DNA of 64,000 nucleotides from Octopus vulgaris (taxonomy: Eukaryota): positions 105,090,001-105,154,000 of the forward strand of contig OX597823.1 in NCBI GenBank assembly GCA_951406725.2. The letters are read 5' to 3'. Positions 52,790 to 64,000 of this stretch are shown one piece after another (within the stretch, counting starts at the first letter, position 1; each line of letters begins with the position of its first letter). A program made the translations under genes and the position numbers. The notes below the pieces were generated by a model. It saw only the letters and a program-made list of their open reading frames with translations. It had not been told where the DNA came from and made no database searches.

Positions 52790-53014
52790 CCCCTTAGCAT
52801 TCAGATTACTCTGCCAAATATAATAGTTATTTATTCCCATTTTATAAAATTAATCCTGTATTATCTCATAACGTTGAGCTTTCAAAGATGTGGTTGTTTA
52901 TATCTAGAATGACACAGTGGGGTAGGTGTGAGAGGCTGGATCTGGCCAGTTTGAATATAAAACAGGTAGAATATTTGGGCTGGTCATGGATGGCTAGTTT
53001 AAATGCTAAACGGT
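52790..53014. mobile_element. piggyBac-like MITE
   Basis: TTAA flanks; TIRs ccccttagcatt / aatgctaaacgg. Confidence 0.75.
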
Positions 53015-53625
53015 TTAACTGGTTTTCCTCAAATAAATACTGTATTAAGGAGGCGAATGAGATCCTGTATGATGATATCCCTTCACACAAGTTTATTAGG
53101 AATGTATATTTATGAGAATTAATTGCAGTTGGTAATCAAAGCACCAAGGTAACAAAAGCAAATCATTAGGGATGCAGGTGGAGGAATCTCAAATTTTCCT
53201 CTCTGGGAACTCACAAATAATAATTTATCATATTTTAAAGCATTCAATGCATAATTACTACAATCATTTAATTAAAGCAACACCATTTATTTTTTTGAAA
53301 TAAATTTCAATTTCATCAAATATTTCAGTAATTGATTAAAAAAAATTAATTTTCTTTTTCTCTATTCAAGTATAAGAATTTATAGAAAGTCACCATAGAA
53401 AATTAAGCAAGATTTTATTCTTCTCTTGAAAATGAAATAAAATTCTCTTTTGATTAAATTCATTCCTTTTGTAATTCATATCTCCAGGTTATAAAAGTCT
53501 ATTAGTATTTTAAGTATGGTGAAATATGTTGTACCTTTATTGTTGAGTGTCTGAAAAGTTTTATATTTAATAATTTTTAGGAACTTATCTGAGGCATGTG
53601 CATCTGTGTATGTGTGTGTAATATA

Positions 53626-53674
<49 letters not shown>

Positions 53675-54039
53675 AGTCTGTGTGTGTATATATATATATA
53701 TGTATTCTCTCTTCTATCAATCTTCGCCATCTTGAAGTCTGTTCCCTTTAATACACTTCCGCCTTGTCCAAAAATTCCTCTTCCGGTCAATTTTTTACTT
53801 AAAAGGCAGCAACATGTGCTCTCTCATTCATTCACCTAGCAGCTATAATCCCGAGCACAGATAAGTTTGAATGCTTATTTTCACTTCTCGACCAATCATA
53901 CATGTTTTCTATCTGTTGTTATTTATCTATCTAACTATTTTATCTAATTTCTCCTCTATTAATTCTGCCCGACCAAGTCTCGCTCTCTCGTCTATATTCA
54001 ACCTTCGCGTATTCGCAGTGCCCCCCTGCCCCCCCCCCT

Positions 54040-54222
54040 GCCCCCCCCCTGCCCAGCCACTACACTCGCGGAGTGGTTGGCGTTAGGAAGGGCATCCAGC
54101 TGTAGAAACACTGCCAGACCAGACTGGAGCCTGGGGCAGCCCCTGGCTCCCCAGACCCCGGTCGAAACCGTCCAACCCGTGCTAGCACGGAAAACGGACG
54201 TTAAACGATGATGATGATGATG
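54040..54222 (+). mobile_element. RTE 3' tail, young
   Basis: Near-identical to 44870-45028. Confidence 0.9.
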
Positions 54223-54231
54223 TATATATGT

Positions 54232-54620
54232 ATATTCTTTTATTCTTTTATTCTTTTACTTGTTTCAGTCATTTGATTGTGAGTATGCTGAAGCACCACC
54301 TTTAGTCAAACAAATCAACCCCTATTCTTTGGAAGCCTAGTACTTATTCTATTGGCCTCTTTTGCTGAACTGCTAAGTTATGGGGATGTAAACACTCCAA
54401 CATCGGTTGTCAGGTAATGGTGGGGGTGGACATAGACAAATACACACACACACATATATATATGACGGGCTTCTTTCTGTTTCCATCTACCAAATCCACT
54501 CACAAGGCTTTGGTCTGCCTGAGGCTATAGTAGAAGGCACTTGCTCAAGGTACCATGCAGTGAGACTGAACTTGGAACCATGTGGTTTAGAAGTAAGCTT
54601 CTTACCACACCTTCACTCCT
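54232..54620 (-). mobile_element. SINE family A
   Basis: Collinear with 49893-50285. Confidence 0.85.
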
Positions 54621-55614
54621 ATATAATGTATATATGTATGTATATGTGCATGTGTGTGCATATATGTGTGTGTGTGAGGATGGGAGTATGTAGGTATATA
54701 TGCATGCATGCCTATATACACACACTGACTCACAAGCACATGTACTATACACAACCACATAAAATACCTCATAGGTTTTAAAATGAAGGTAATATACATA
54801 TATTAGAGCAGTAATGTATTTACAGGTGATTAATTATATGGCCAGTCATAGAGCAACCAATGGTTTCACATCCATAAAGCACTTAACCTTATAACCTCTC
54901 TTCAAAGTGAAGATAAAAAACCATTATAGTTGGTTAATTTGTAAACAAAACATATACAATATATATTATATATTGTCTGAGCCTTAAACGGGATGAGTTA
55001 TTTGTTGAATAGGCATGTAAAAAGCACTCACAGCACTCTTGGAGTGATTGGCATTAGGAAGGGCATGCAGTCAAATCATCCAACCCATGCCAGCATGGAA
55101 AGCGGACGTTAAACGATGATGATGATGATGATGATGATGATATATGTATGTGTATATATATACCTTTAAGAATCTATGAGTCAGGAAAATCAGACACTCA
55201 TATGTTTGTCAATAGAGTTGATATACTAATGATTTATGTAACACAAAATTATAGACCCATTTCAGCTGATTTTAGCAATTGATTCCCTACATGAAAGTTT
55301 GGCATGTCAGCACTCATCAGAAGGCCTTGTAGGAGAGGTAAGCCATAGACCCTTTGCCACTGGAGGTCAGAAAGTGTAACATCTGGTTTGTGAGTGTTGC
55401 AAAAAACAACGGAACAGACTGTATAAAGAAAGCCTGCGTAAACCTAGTATAAAGAAAATCTTAGTCAGTAGGGCTATAGCTGAAACAGAGCGAGGATGCT
55501 CATGCAGATGGCAGCACTGCATGTCCACTGAAAAACTAATGCAGCACAGAGACTGTTGTATATGAAGCAGAAGGTTCCTTCAGCATAAGATTTAACAACC
55601 ACAAGTCCTCTGTT

Positions 55615-56035
55615 AAAAAAACAAAATAAAATTATTAACCATCTTAAAAACAATAACTCTGAGCACCTTTTCAAACTCCACCTGTCTAACACCCATGGGC
55701 ATGTTTACAAAGTCAGAAAACAGCACAGCTCCCATGACTTTCGGAAACATTTTTTCCTGCTAAGAGTTGCTGAAGCATGGAACAAACTGCCAGCATCAGT
55801 TGTTAGTTGTCGGAGCACTGCATCCTTCAAAACTTCCATGCTTCCTGAGATTCACCACCACTACACCTGATTTTCTCCCCTCCACACACATTACACACGC
55901 AAGCATGTATCTGACTCATACACTGTTCACTTCCCAGACATTTGTACATTATTGCATATGCTTTAAACGCACTTTTGACAAATTGTGGTGCACCTGAACA
56001 GCGTATACAATAATTTCATTATTATTTTTATTATT
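55615..56035 (+). mobile_element. CR1 LINE 3' fragment
   Basis: NTHGHVYKVRKQHSSHDFRKHFFLLRVAEAWNKLPASVVSC..SFKT; (ATT)n tail. Confidence 0.85.
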
Positions 56036-56639
56036 TAATACCCAAAAGAGGCAAAATGTCACAGTTCTAGTAAGGTGCTTATTGTCTTTGAAAGAATACA
56101 TCACATATTACAGCACTGAGTAGAGAGTTCTGGAGAGGTGCAAACCTTACTTCAATAGCAGTAGAAAGTGAAGAATTAGCTTGAGGGAAAGAATTCTACT
56201 GAAGAACTCTTTTTTCTCAAACACCTGCCTATACTGTAAAAGCAAGGTTTTTCCAATCCTACACTTATGAACACAGATATGTGCTTGGATACCACCACCA
56301 CCACCACCACCATCCTGGGCATTATCACCAAAAATACCAGCAACACCCTACCGCCACCACTAATGCAATAGCACCACTCCTATGATTACCATTAATAGTA
56401 TTGCCACCATCTCTAGCAATAGCACCATTACCACCACCACCACCACCACCACCAGCACAGACACCACTGTTGAGCACTACCATTATCTCCAGAACCATCG
56501 CTGACAGCACTACTATCACCTCCCTGACCATCACCACAACAACAAAAACAACAATACAAACAACATCACTATCACATCACTAACAACAACTAAACCTCTT
56601 CATGGGAAGCGGCAGCTGCAACAACATCATCAATAGCTA

Positions 56640-57025
56640 CAGCAACAACAGCAACAGCAGCAGCAGCAGCAGTGGCAGTGGTAGTAGTGGTGGTGGTGGT
56701 GGTGGTGATAGTAGTAGTAGTGGTGGTAGTGGTGGTGGTGGTGGTGGTGATGGTGATAGTAGTAGTAGTAGTAGTGGTAGTGGTGGTGGTGGTGGTGGTA
56801 GTAGTAGTAGTAGTGGTGGTGGTGGTGGTGATGGTGATAGTAGTAGTAGTAGTAGTGGTGGTGGTGATAGTGGTGGTGGTAGTGGTGGTGATGGTGATAG
56901 TAGTAGTAGTAGTAGTGGTGGTGGTGGTGGTGGTAGTAGTAGTAGTAGTAGTTGTAGTAGTAGTAGTAGTAGTGGTGGTGGTGGTGGTGGTGGTGGTAGT
57001 AGTAGTAGTAGTAGTGGCAGTGGCA
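56640..57025. repeat. Compound (GGT/AGT)n microsatellite
   Basis: Direct inspection. Confidence 0.95.
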
Positions 57026-57814
57026 CCACTAGCAACAGTTCTGCTATTTTCTATTTGTTAAATAGTGTAATGACAATTTTTAGTGAGTCAGTATGTTGTT
57101 TAACCCTAGGCCGACCTTGTTGAAATGGAGCCACAACCAAAACTGTTCAAGCCACGATCATCCAATCTGTTTTTTTTCCTTAGGCCTTGTGTATCTTATA
57201 CTACATTACACAATGTTTTATATACAAGATTTGATTTAATGTAAACACTGACTGCTATTTCTAGTGCATCTAGCGACCGCACACGCTTCCTTGTTCAGAG
57301 TTGAATTGGCAGGAATAGTTGAAAAACGGATTAAATAAATATGTAATTATAGCAATTAGTTTTAAATCTCATTAAGGAAGATTTAGTGTTTCAACAGAGG
57401 TGGGGGGCATTGGGGGTGTTAAAATGACTACTATTTGTTTTTTAGCCCTGAGTCACTCCTGATTAAGCAGGCTTATGACTAAAGGTATTTCAGATATGGT
57501 TGACCCTTTTTTTTTTTAATACTGGTCTTATTTATTTCGTTTTTTTTCTTTTATCTTTTTTCTTTTATTTTCTATTTGTTTCAGGCCATGCTGGGGCATT
57601 GCCTTGAAAGGTTTAGTCGAACAAATTGACTCCAGATTTAAAAAGAAAGTTATCTTTCAGTCTTATATTTTTTCTGTCAGTCTCTTTTGGTGAACCACTA
57701 GGTTGTAAACAAACCAACACCATTTACCAAGCACTATGTGGAGGGGTGTATTCGAAAGTACACACACATACATGTGCGCGTGCAAATACGCTCACACAAT
57801 ATACATATGTGTAT

Positions 57815-57864
<50 letters not shown>

Positions 57865-57886
57865 CATCGTCACCACCACCACCACC

Positions 57887-57920
<34 letters not shown>

Positions 57921-57974
57921 CCATCGTTATCGTCATCGTCATCATCATCGTCATCACCACCACCACCACCACCA

Positions 57975-58385
57975 CCTCATCATCATCATTTAACGTCTGT
58001 TTTCCATGCTGGCATGGGTTGGATGGTTTGACAGGTGCTGGCCAACAGGGGAGTTGCTCTAGGCTCCAGTTATCCGTTTTGGTTTTGTTTCTACTGCTGG
58101 ATGCCCTTCCTAACCTCATTTACTTTATAGAGTGTACTCGGTGCTTTTTATGTGGCACCAGCACAGGTGCTTTCTACATCACACTGGCACAGGTGTTTTT
58201 TACAGGGCACCAGCACCCATGAGCTCACAAGATCATAAGACAAGGACCTCTCAGCTGTGAGAGGGAGCTTGGGGCAAGGCCATACAGGACATACCTGTAT
58301 GTATGGATGATCACGATTTTACTCATCTTGATATGTCTTCTCAAGCACAGCAAATTGCTAGAAATCTCAGTCCCTTGTCATCTCA
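57975..58385 (-). mobile_element. RTE 3' UTR, diverged, preceded by (CAT/CAC)n
   Basis: tttaacgtctgtttccatgctggcatgggttggatgg...gtgctttttatgtggcaccagcac. Confidence 0.75.
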
Positions 58386-58519
58386 ATCACCAGAAGTCTT
58401 GAGGCTTCCACACAGCTTCTGTCTACCAAATTCATTCACAAAGAACTTGTTGGCTTGGGCAAGAAGACACTTGCCCAAGGTGCCATGCAATGGGATTGAA
58501 TCTGAAACCACAGGGGGGT

Positions 58520-58752
58520 AAAGCAAGAAGCCGGCAAAAACGTTAGTATGTCGGGTGAAATGCTTTGCGATATTTCGTCTGCCGTTATGTTCTGAGTTCA
58601 AATACCGCCGATGTTGACTCTGCCTTTCTTCCTTTCTGGGTCAATAAATTAAGTACCAGTTATGCACTGGGGTCGATGTAATCAACTTAATCCCTTTGTC
58701 TGTCCTTGTTTGTCCCCTCTATATTTAGCCCCTTGTGGGCAATAAAGAAATA
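58520..58752 (+). mobile_element. SINE family B
   Basis: Full copy. Confidence 0.88.
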
Positions 58753-59526
58753 AGAAGCACCTTAGCTGCACAACCATGCCTCCTGCCTTGGTCGTGAACC
58801 TCATCATCCATAGTGAGAACTCATCTGTGGTGTAGTAGTGCTCAGGCCTCTCCCTCACAGACGACACAAATGGTGAAGTGGACAGCTAAAAAACATGGAT
58901 TAGTATCATCTTGAATTGATATAGGGTCCTGGTCCATCTGTGTATGGTGTCCATTGTTGGGTTTGCGATTAGTTGATGATCTTCACTTCAGGCATCTGTG
59001 GTCACTGGGTGTAATCTCCTTCTGTTCATGATTCTGTGGAATTTACTGGCTGGAGCTGGTTTAAGTCATCTTCAGTGAATTCCAACACAAACAGAAATAT
59101 TATTCAGACACAGTATAACTTGGACTACACTATCTAATGTGCCACTTATTTAATTATTTGACAATAAAATTTTGTTAATAGTGCGGTGCCATGTACAAGC
59201 GCTCATGCTGCAGTGTCACATAAAAGCATCCAGTCCACTCTGTGAAGTGGTTGGTGTTAGGAAGGACATCCAGCCATAGAAACCATGACAAAACAGACAA
59301 ATGGTGCCTGGTGCAGCCCACTTGCTTACCAGCTCTGGTTACAGCATCCAACCCATGCTAGCATGGACAACCGACAATAAATGATGATGAGAGAAATTTG
59401 GCTGTTATTTCTACAAGTTCCACTGACTATACAGAGGCTTCCCCATTACACGTTAAGCCCTAGTATTATCCTAAGGGTTAATCTAATCAACTCTACTCCT
59501 TCATCTTCACCACTACCTAACAGAAA

Positions 59527-59533
59527 ATAAATA

Positions 59534-59577
<44 letters not shown>

Positions 59578-59578
59578 C

Positions 59579-59658
<80 letters not shown>

Positions 59659-59680
59659 CAACAACAACAACAACAACAAC

Positions 59681-59712
<32 letters not shown>

Positions 59713-59743
59713 TAATAATAATAACAATAATAACAATAATAAC

Positions 59744-59800
<57 letters not shown>
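59527..59800. repeat. (AAT/AAC)n microsatellite
   Basis: Direct inspection. Confidence 0.97.
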
Positions 59801-60637
59801 GTAAAAAGATTGGCTTTGTGCCTCATCCAAAGGAAATCAATATCTCGAAAATCTGTTTTGTGAAGAATTTTATGGGGTAGAAATAGCTAAGATTTATTGA
59901 TTGCTCATGACAATATCTTCATTTGTATTGAGTTTGTATTGATTTCTTGAAATGATAGCATTATTTCTATTGCACTGATAGAGAAAGAGAGAGAGGGCAA
60001 GAGAGAAAGGGGAGGGAGACTGGGGAAGTGAGATAAAGAGAGAGAAAGAGAAGGGGTAGAGAGCTATATCTGTATCCTCATGGCATCTCATGTGGTTAAA
60101 TTTATCTCCTTGTAATCTAAAGATCCTTGTTTTGTTTTGTGTTTTTTTTGTGTGGTGGGGGAGAGGGGTGGTTGCTAAATACTAGATTAAAGAGGTTAAA
60201 TATATCAGCTTCTTTAATTTTATTCAGGAAAGGAGAAACAAAATATGCTTATAATAATAATAAAAAACTGCAAAAGAAACTGCCAAAAAGAAAGAAAAAT
60301 TCAACAAAAGACATTTGTTAAATAAATCTTACAATTTAATTAAGATAATATCTATTCTGTTTAAAGCGGCAAACTTTTGTGTTAAAATGCATATTTCTCT
60401 AATCATTTACTAAACTAGAAATAGTAGATCTCTGCAAATTGTAGAATAATAACAGAGTTTACCTCAAGCATATGCCTTTTTCATTGTGTATGATTTGATA
60501 GTATAAGTACAGGCATAGCGGTATGGTTAAGACGCTTGCATCCCAACCATGTTGTCGTAGGTTCAGTACCACAGTGTAAGATCTTGGGTGAGTGTCTGTC
60601 TCCAGCTATAGTGGATGCTAAAACTAGAACTGTATAT

Positions 60638-61501
60638 CAAAAGGTGATATCAAAATGTTCCTGGACTAATTCTATAGCATGCCGACAGATGGCAGCACAT
60701 GGTTGCATGTTGAGTGGAAGCTAGCAGTGACCATCAAAAGGTTGGGTGTCATGTGACATCACTGTTTTACCTTGCAAGTTGTGAAATTTGTGTTTTTGTG
60801 ATCAAATGTATGCTGTAGTCTGGGATTTTGTCATGAAGAGGAAATTGGTACAAAGTGAAATTTTGCGTTAAGCTTGGGTTAAGCCTGCTACAGAGACATT
60901 GAGCATGCTTCAGCAACCTTTATGGTGATGAGGCAATGGGTTGTATGCAATAATTTGAATCGCATGGGGCACTTCAAAGGTGGAAGAACATGCTTGGAAG
61001 ATAATGATAAATGTGGAAGAACTGCCGTAAGCACCACACCTGGAAATGTAGAGAAAATTCATCAACTTGTGCATGAGGATCGTTAGAGGACAATCAATGA
61101 CATTTTGAAGAAGTTGAGGGAGGATATTCATCGAAAGCAACTGGGTCTGTGGAGTGGGAAGAATTGGATTCTTTATGATGACAGTGTACCCTGTCACCGA
61201 ACTCTCCTCAATTGTGAGTTTCTCACCAAAAACAACATGGTATCGCTTCCACACCTACCCTATTCACCAGATTTAGCACCTGTAGACTTCTGTTTCTTCC
61301 CCAAGAGATCCAGAGCAAATTACAGAAGGTCCTCGACTCACAGAAAACGACTTCCAGGCCAGATTCCAAAAGTGTCAGGAATGCTGAAACCGGTGTATTG
61401 CTGTACAAGGTAACTATTTCGAAAGAGATAATGTTAAAACTTAAGTAAATATTATCTTTTTATCAAACATAACTAGTCTGGTAACTTTTTGATACTACCC
61501 C
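60638..61501 (+). mobile_element. Internally deleted mariner (DD34D)
   Basis: VKFCVKLG..ATETLSML..YGDEAM, ILYDDSVPCH, PYSPDLAPVDFCFFPK; TIR remnants tatcaaaatgttcctggacta / tagtctggtaactttttgata. Confidence 0.85.
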
Positions 61502-61859
61502 TACACAAGTAAGCAAGTTATTCTTTGCCCTCAAGTCAACCCTGACCTATTGTCAAAAGTATTTCAACTGTGATCATCCTGTATTTTTTCTAACATGAAT
61601 GCCAAACTTTATTACCTCTCCTTGTTTAAGATGATGCGATGTAATTTGGTTGCTAGCTTTAGCTGGTCAAGAAACTAGATAAAGTAAGGATAGCGAACTT
61701 TATCAGAACTAATAGTTAATAGCAAATGCATTGAAAGTTGTAAGGGATGGGGGCTGACATGGGTACTGAAGAAAATTATGAATTAGTTATTTTACAAATT
61801 CATGTGTAACTAATATTGGGCTCAAATTTGGACACAACGATAGCAATTGTTGGGCAGGG

Positions 61860-62035
61860 AAGAAGTTGATAACATCGACCCCAATACTCAACTGGTACTT
61901 ATTTTATCAATCCCCAAAAGGATGAAAAACAAAGTCGACCCTGGTGGCATTTGAACTCAGAATGCAAAGTTGTAAGAAATGCCACTGAGCATTTTATTCC
62001 AGTGTGGTAACGATTCTGCCAGCTCACTGCCTTAT
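61860..62035 (-). mobile_element. SINE family B-related, old
   Basis: atcgacccc..actggtacttattttatc..aaaggatgaaa..aaagtcgacc. Confidence 0.7.
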
Positions 62036-62072
62036 TAAATTACTGCTTTTAGTCTTAAGGCTTAAAATACTT

Positions 62073-62290
62073 TTATTGCCTTTGCCTTACCGAAGGCAGA
62101 GGTATTGTTTTCAGTTGTGTTTGTTTGTTTGTCCATGGACAAGATATCTCAAGAACCACCGCTGGATGGATTCAGTTGAAACTTTCAGGAATGTTTGACC
62201 TTGTGACTGGCACGGTCTCATTAGATTTTGGGATCAATCTGGTACCGGACCAAGGATTCTGGATTATTTTTCCGATTTTTTCTTTATATG
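62073..62290 (+). mobile_element. DINE/HINE-like non-autonomous element 5' fragment
   Basis: tattgcctttgcc..aaggcagaggtattgttttc terminal hairpin followed by (GTTT)n and tggatt..gaaactt. Confidence 0.55.
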
Positions 62291-62929
62291 TATATGGACA
62301 GTTTCACATAGTTCTCTTGTACATGCACACACATGCACATATATACATCTTCAGTGTTGAACATTACCATCCCATTTCCATTGTACACACACACACACAT
62401 GCATGCAAACATAGCTCTCTTTTACACATACATATACTCACACTTCAAACACCGTTTAGTGACTTTTTCACTCCTTCCTTCATTATTCATTTATCACCCC
62501 TTCCTTTCTCATTCATACGACACTCTTTGCCACTTCATTTCATCTTTCTCATTGTCATTATTTTCTCTCACTCTCCCTCAGTCATGACTATTACTCTTAC
62601 TACTTCTCCTTCACTGTATTAGTATTTCATCTCCTCTCCCTTGAGGCACATGATCCACCACATTGTAACAAGGATTAGATCTTGTGGTGGGATTCTTCTT
62701 GAGGATTACATTAAATGCACATATGTCTTTGGAATACTCAACCATTTACACTATAATTCAGAAATTGTTGTTTTCAGTCAGTCAAACAGTTTCATTCAAT
62801 GCAATCAATGAGAAAACCATCTCTATTTTGATTTACACACAGTGTTTACATTTCTTACTGTGTAGAAACTCTGTTGTAGACTTTTAAGGAGTCGAATATA
62901 AACACAAAGGAACACCCCTCCACACACAT

Positions 62930-63122
62930 ACACGCACAAATAGACACATATGTACATATGACAGGCTTTCACAGAGTTTCCAGCTGCCAAATTCACTCAG
63001 AAGGCATTGGTCAGGCTCAGGGCTACAGTAGAGAATACTCGTCTAAGATGCCATGCAGTGAGATTGAACCTGAAATCATGTGGTTTCAAAGCAAGCTTCT
63101 TGACTACACAGCCATGTCTATG
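62930..63122 (-). mobile_element. SINE family A, 5' half
   Basis: Diverged match to family. Confidence 0.7.
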
Positions 63123-63494
63123 CCAATGAGATAAAAGGTAAAAATCTTCATAAATATGTTGGGCAATAAAGCCATGCATTAGAGTCACAGCACAATATTT
63201 ACAGAAAACAGAAATTGAGGAACATTTTCCCCAATGAAAGTATCAAAAGTAAATTTATTAAATTATTGAAAAATTGTTTGTTATTTGAATAACAAAAAGA
63301 AAAAAAAACAGAAAAATAGTTTGCTGCGAATTAGTGATGAGATAAAATAGATTGCAATGGTACTGATGTAGTGTGTTAAAGACAAGTCTAGCGGAAGTTC
63401 ATTTTGCTTTGTGATTTTTATCAGAAATATAAGGAATAAATGAACTAAAAGGAAATAACTTTACAAAAAATATCAAATCTTTTTATCTCTTATT

Positions 63495-63662
63495 TTTTGC
63501 TCGTTTCAGTCATTCGACTGTGGCCATGCTGGGGCATCATCTTGAAGGGTTTAGTCAAATTAATTGACCCCCAGCACTTTTTCAAACCTGGTACTTATTC
63601 CGTTAGTCAATTTTGCTGAACTGCTAAGTTATGGGGATGTAAACAAGTCAACATTGGTTGTC
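63495..63662 (-). mobile_element. SINE family A, 3' half
   Basis: tttcagtcattcgactgtggccatgctgggg...ctaagttatggggatgtaaac. Confidence 0.7.
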
Positions 63663-63892
63663 AATATTCCATTCTATAACTGATTCTATTGCACAATACA
63701 CATGTTCATATATACATACCCATATACACCCATATATATACACAGTTGTTCTTAATAATATAATGTTTATTAATGGAATACCTAGTAATATTTCTACTAA
63801 TATCTTCTACATTGACCCTGGCTTTAAGGGAGTTATTATTGTACAAATACAAATACAGAGATGCACATACATAGATATATACATAATCATCA

Positions 63893-63929
<37 letters not shown>

Positions 63930-64000
63930 ACATCAATGATGATAATGGTGGTGAATATGAAGACCCGTAACAATTGCACTCTGGGGGGTCATTATCCTCA

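Noticed and set aside
56602-57123. 173-aa Gly/Ser-rich ORF resembling a structural protein
   Set aside because: Pure (GGT/AGT)n compound microsatellite that is open in several frames.

Overview
AT-rich, microsatellite-dense eukaryotic DNA with no recognisable host protein-coding gene. The repeat families resemble those of octopus (coleoid cephalopod) genomes; that assignment is an inference. Almost all ORF-track entries are translations of (TA)n, (CA)n, (TATC)n or (CAT)n runs. The real coding content is transposon-derived: two Penelope-like elements (PLEs; RT plus C-terminal GIY-YIG), a near-complete but disrupted RTE LINE with further RTE fragments, three CR1-type 3' ends, Tc1/mariner/maT relics, a Helitron relic, a Gypsy gag-like relic, MITEs and four SINE families. 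The most interesting signal is a set of type I hammerhead-ribozyme motifs found by eye at 6961-7068(-), 13246-13347(+), 13671-13715(-)/15739-15783(+), 20340-20402(-)/20789-20851(+) and 38164-38226(+), with a decayed one at about 45254. They sit in PLE termini and in short non-coding fold-back inserts inside (TA)n tracts. Four of these inserts share one asymmetric inverted architecture. PLE hammerheads are established biology; whether these small fold-back families and their conserved terminal motif are already described cannot be determined without database searches. Repeat boundaries were read by eye and are approximate unless stated otherwise.
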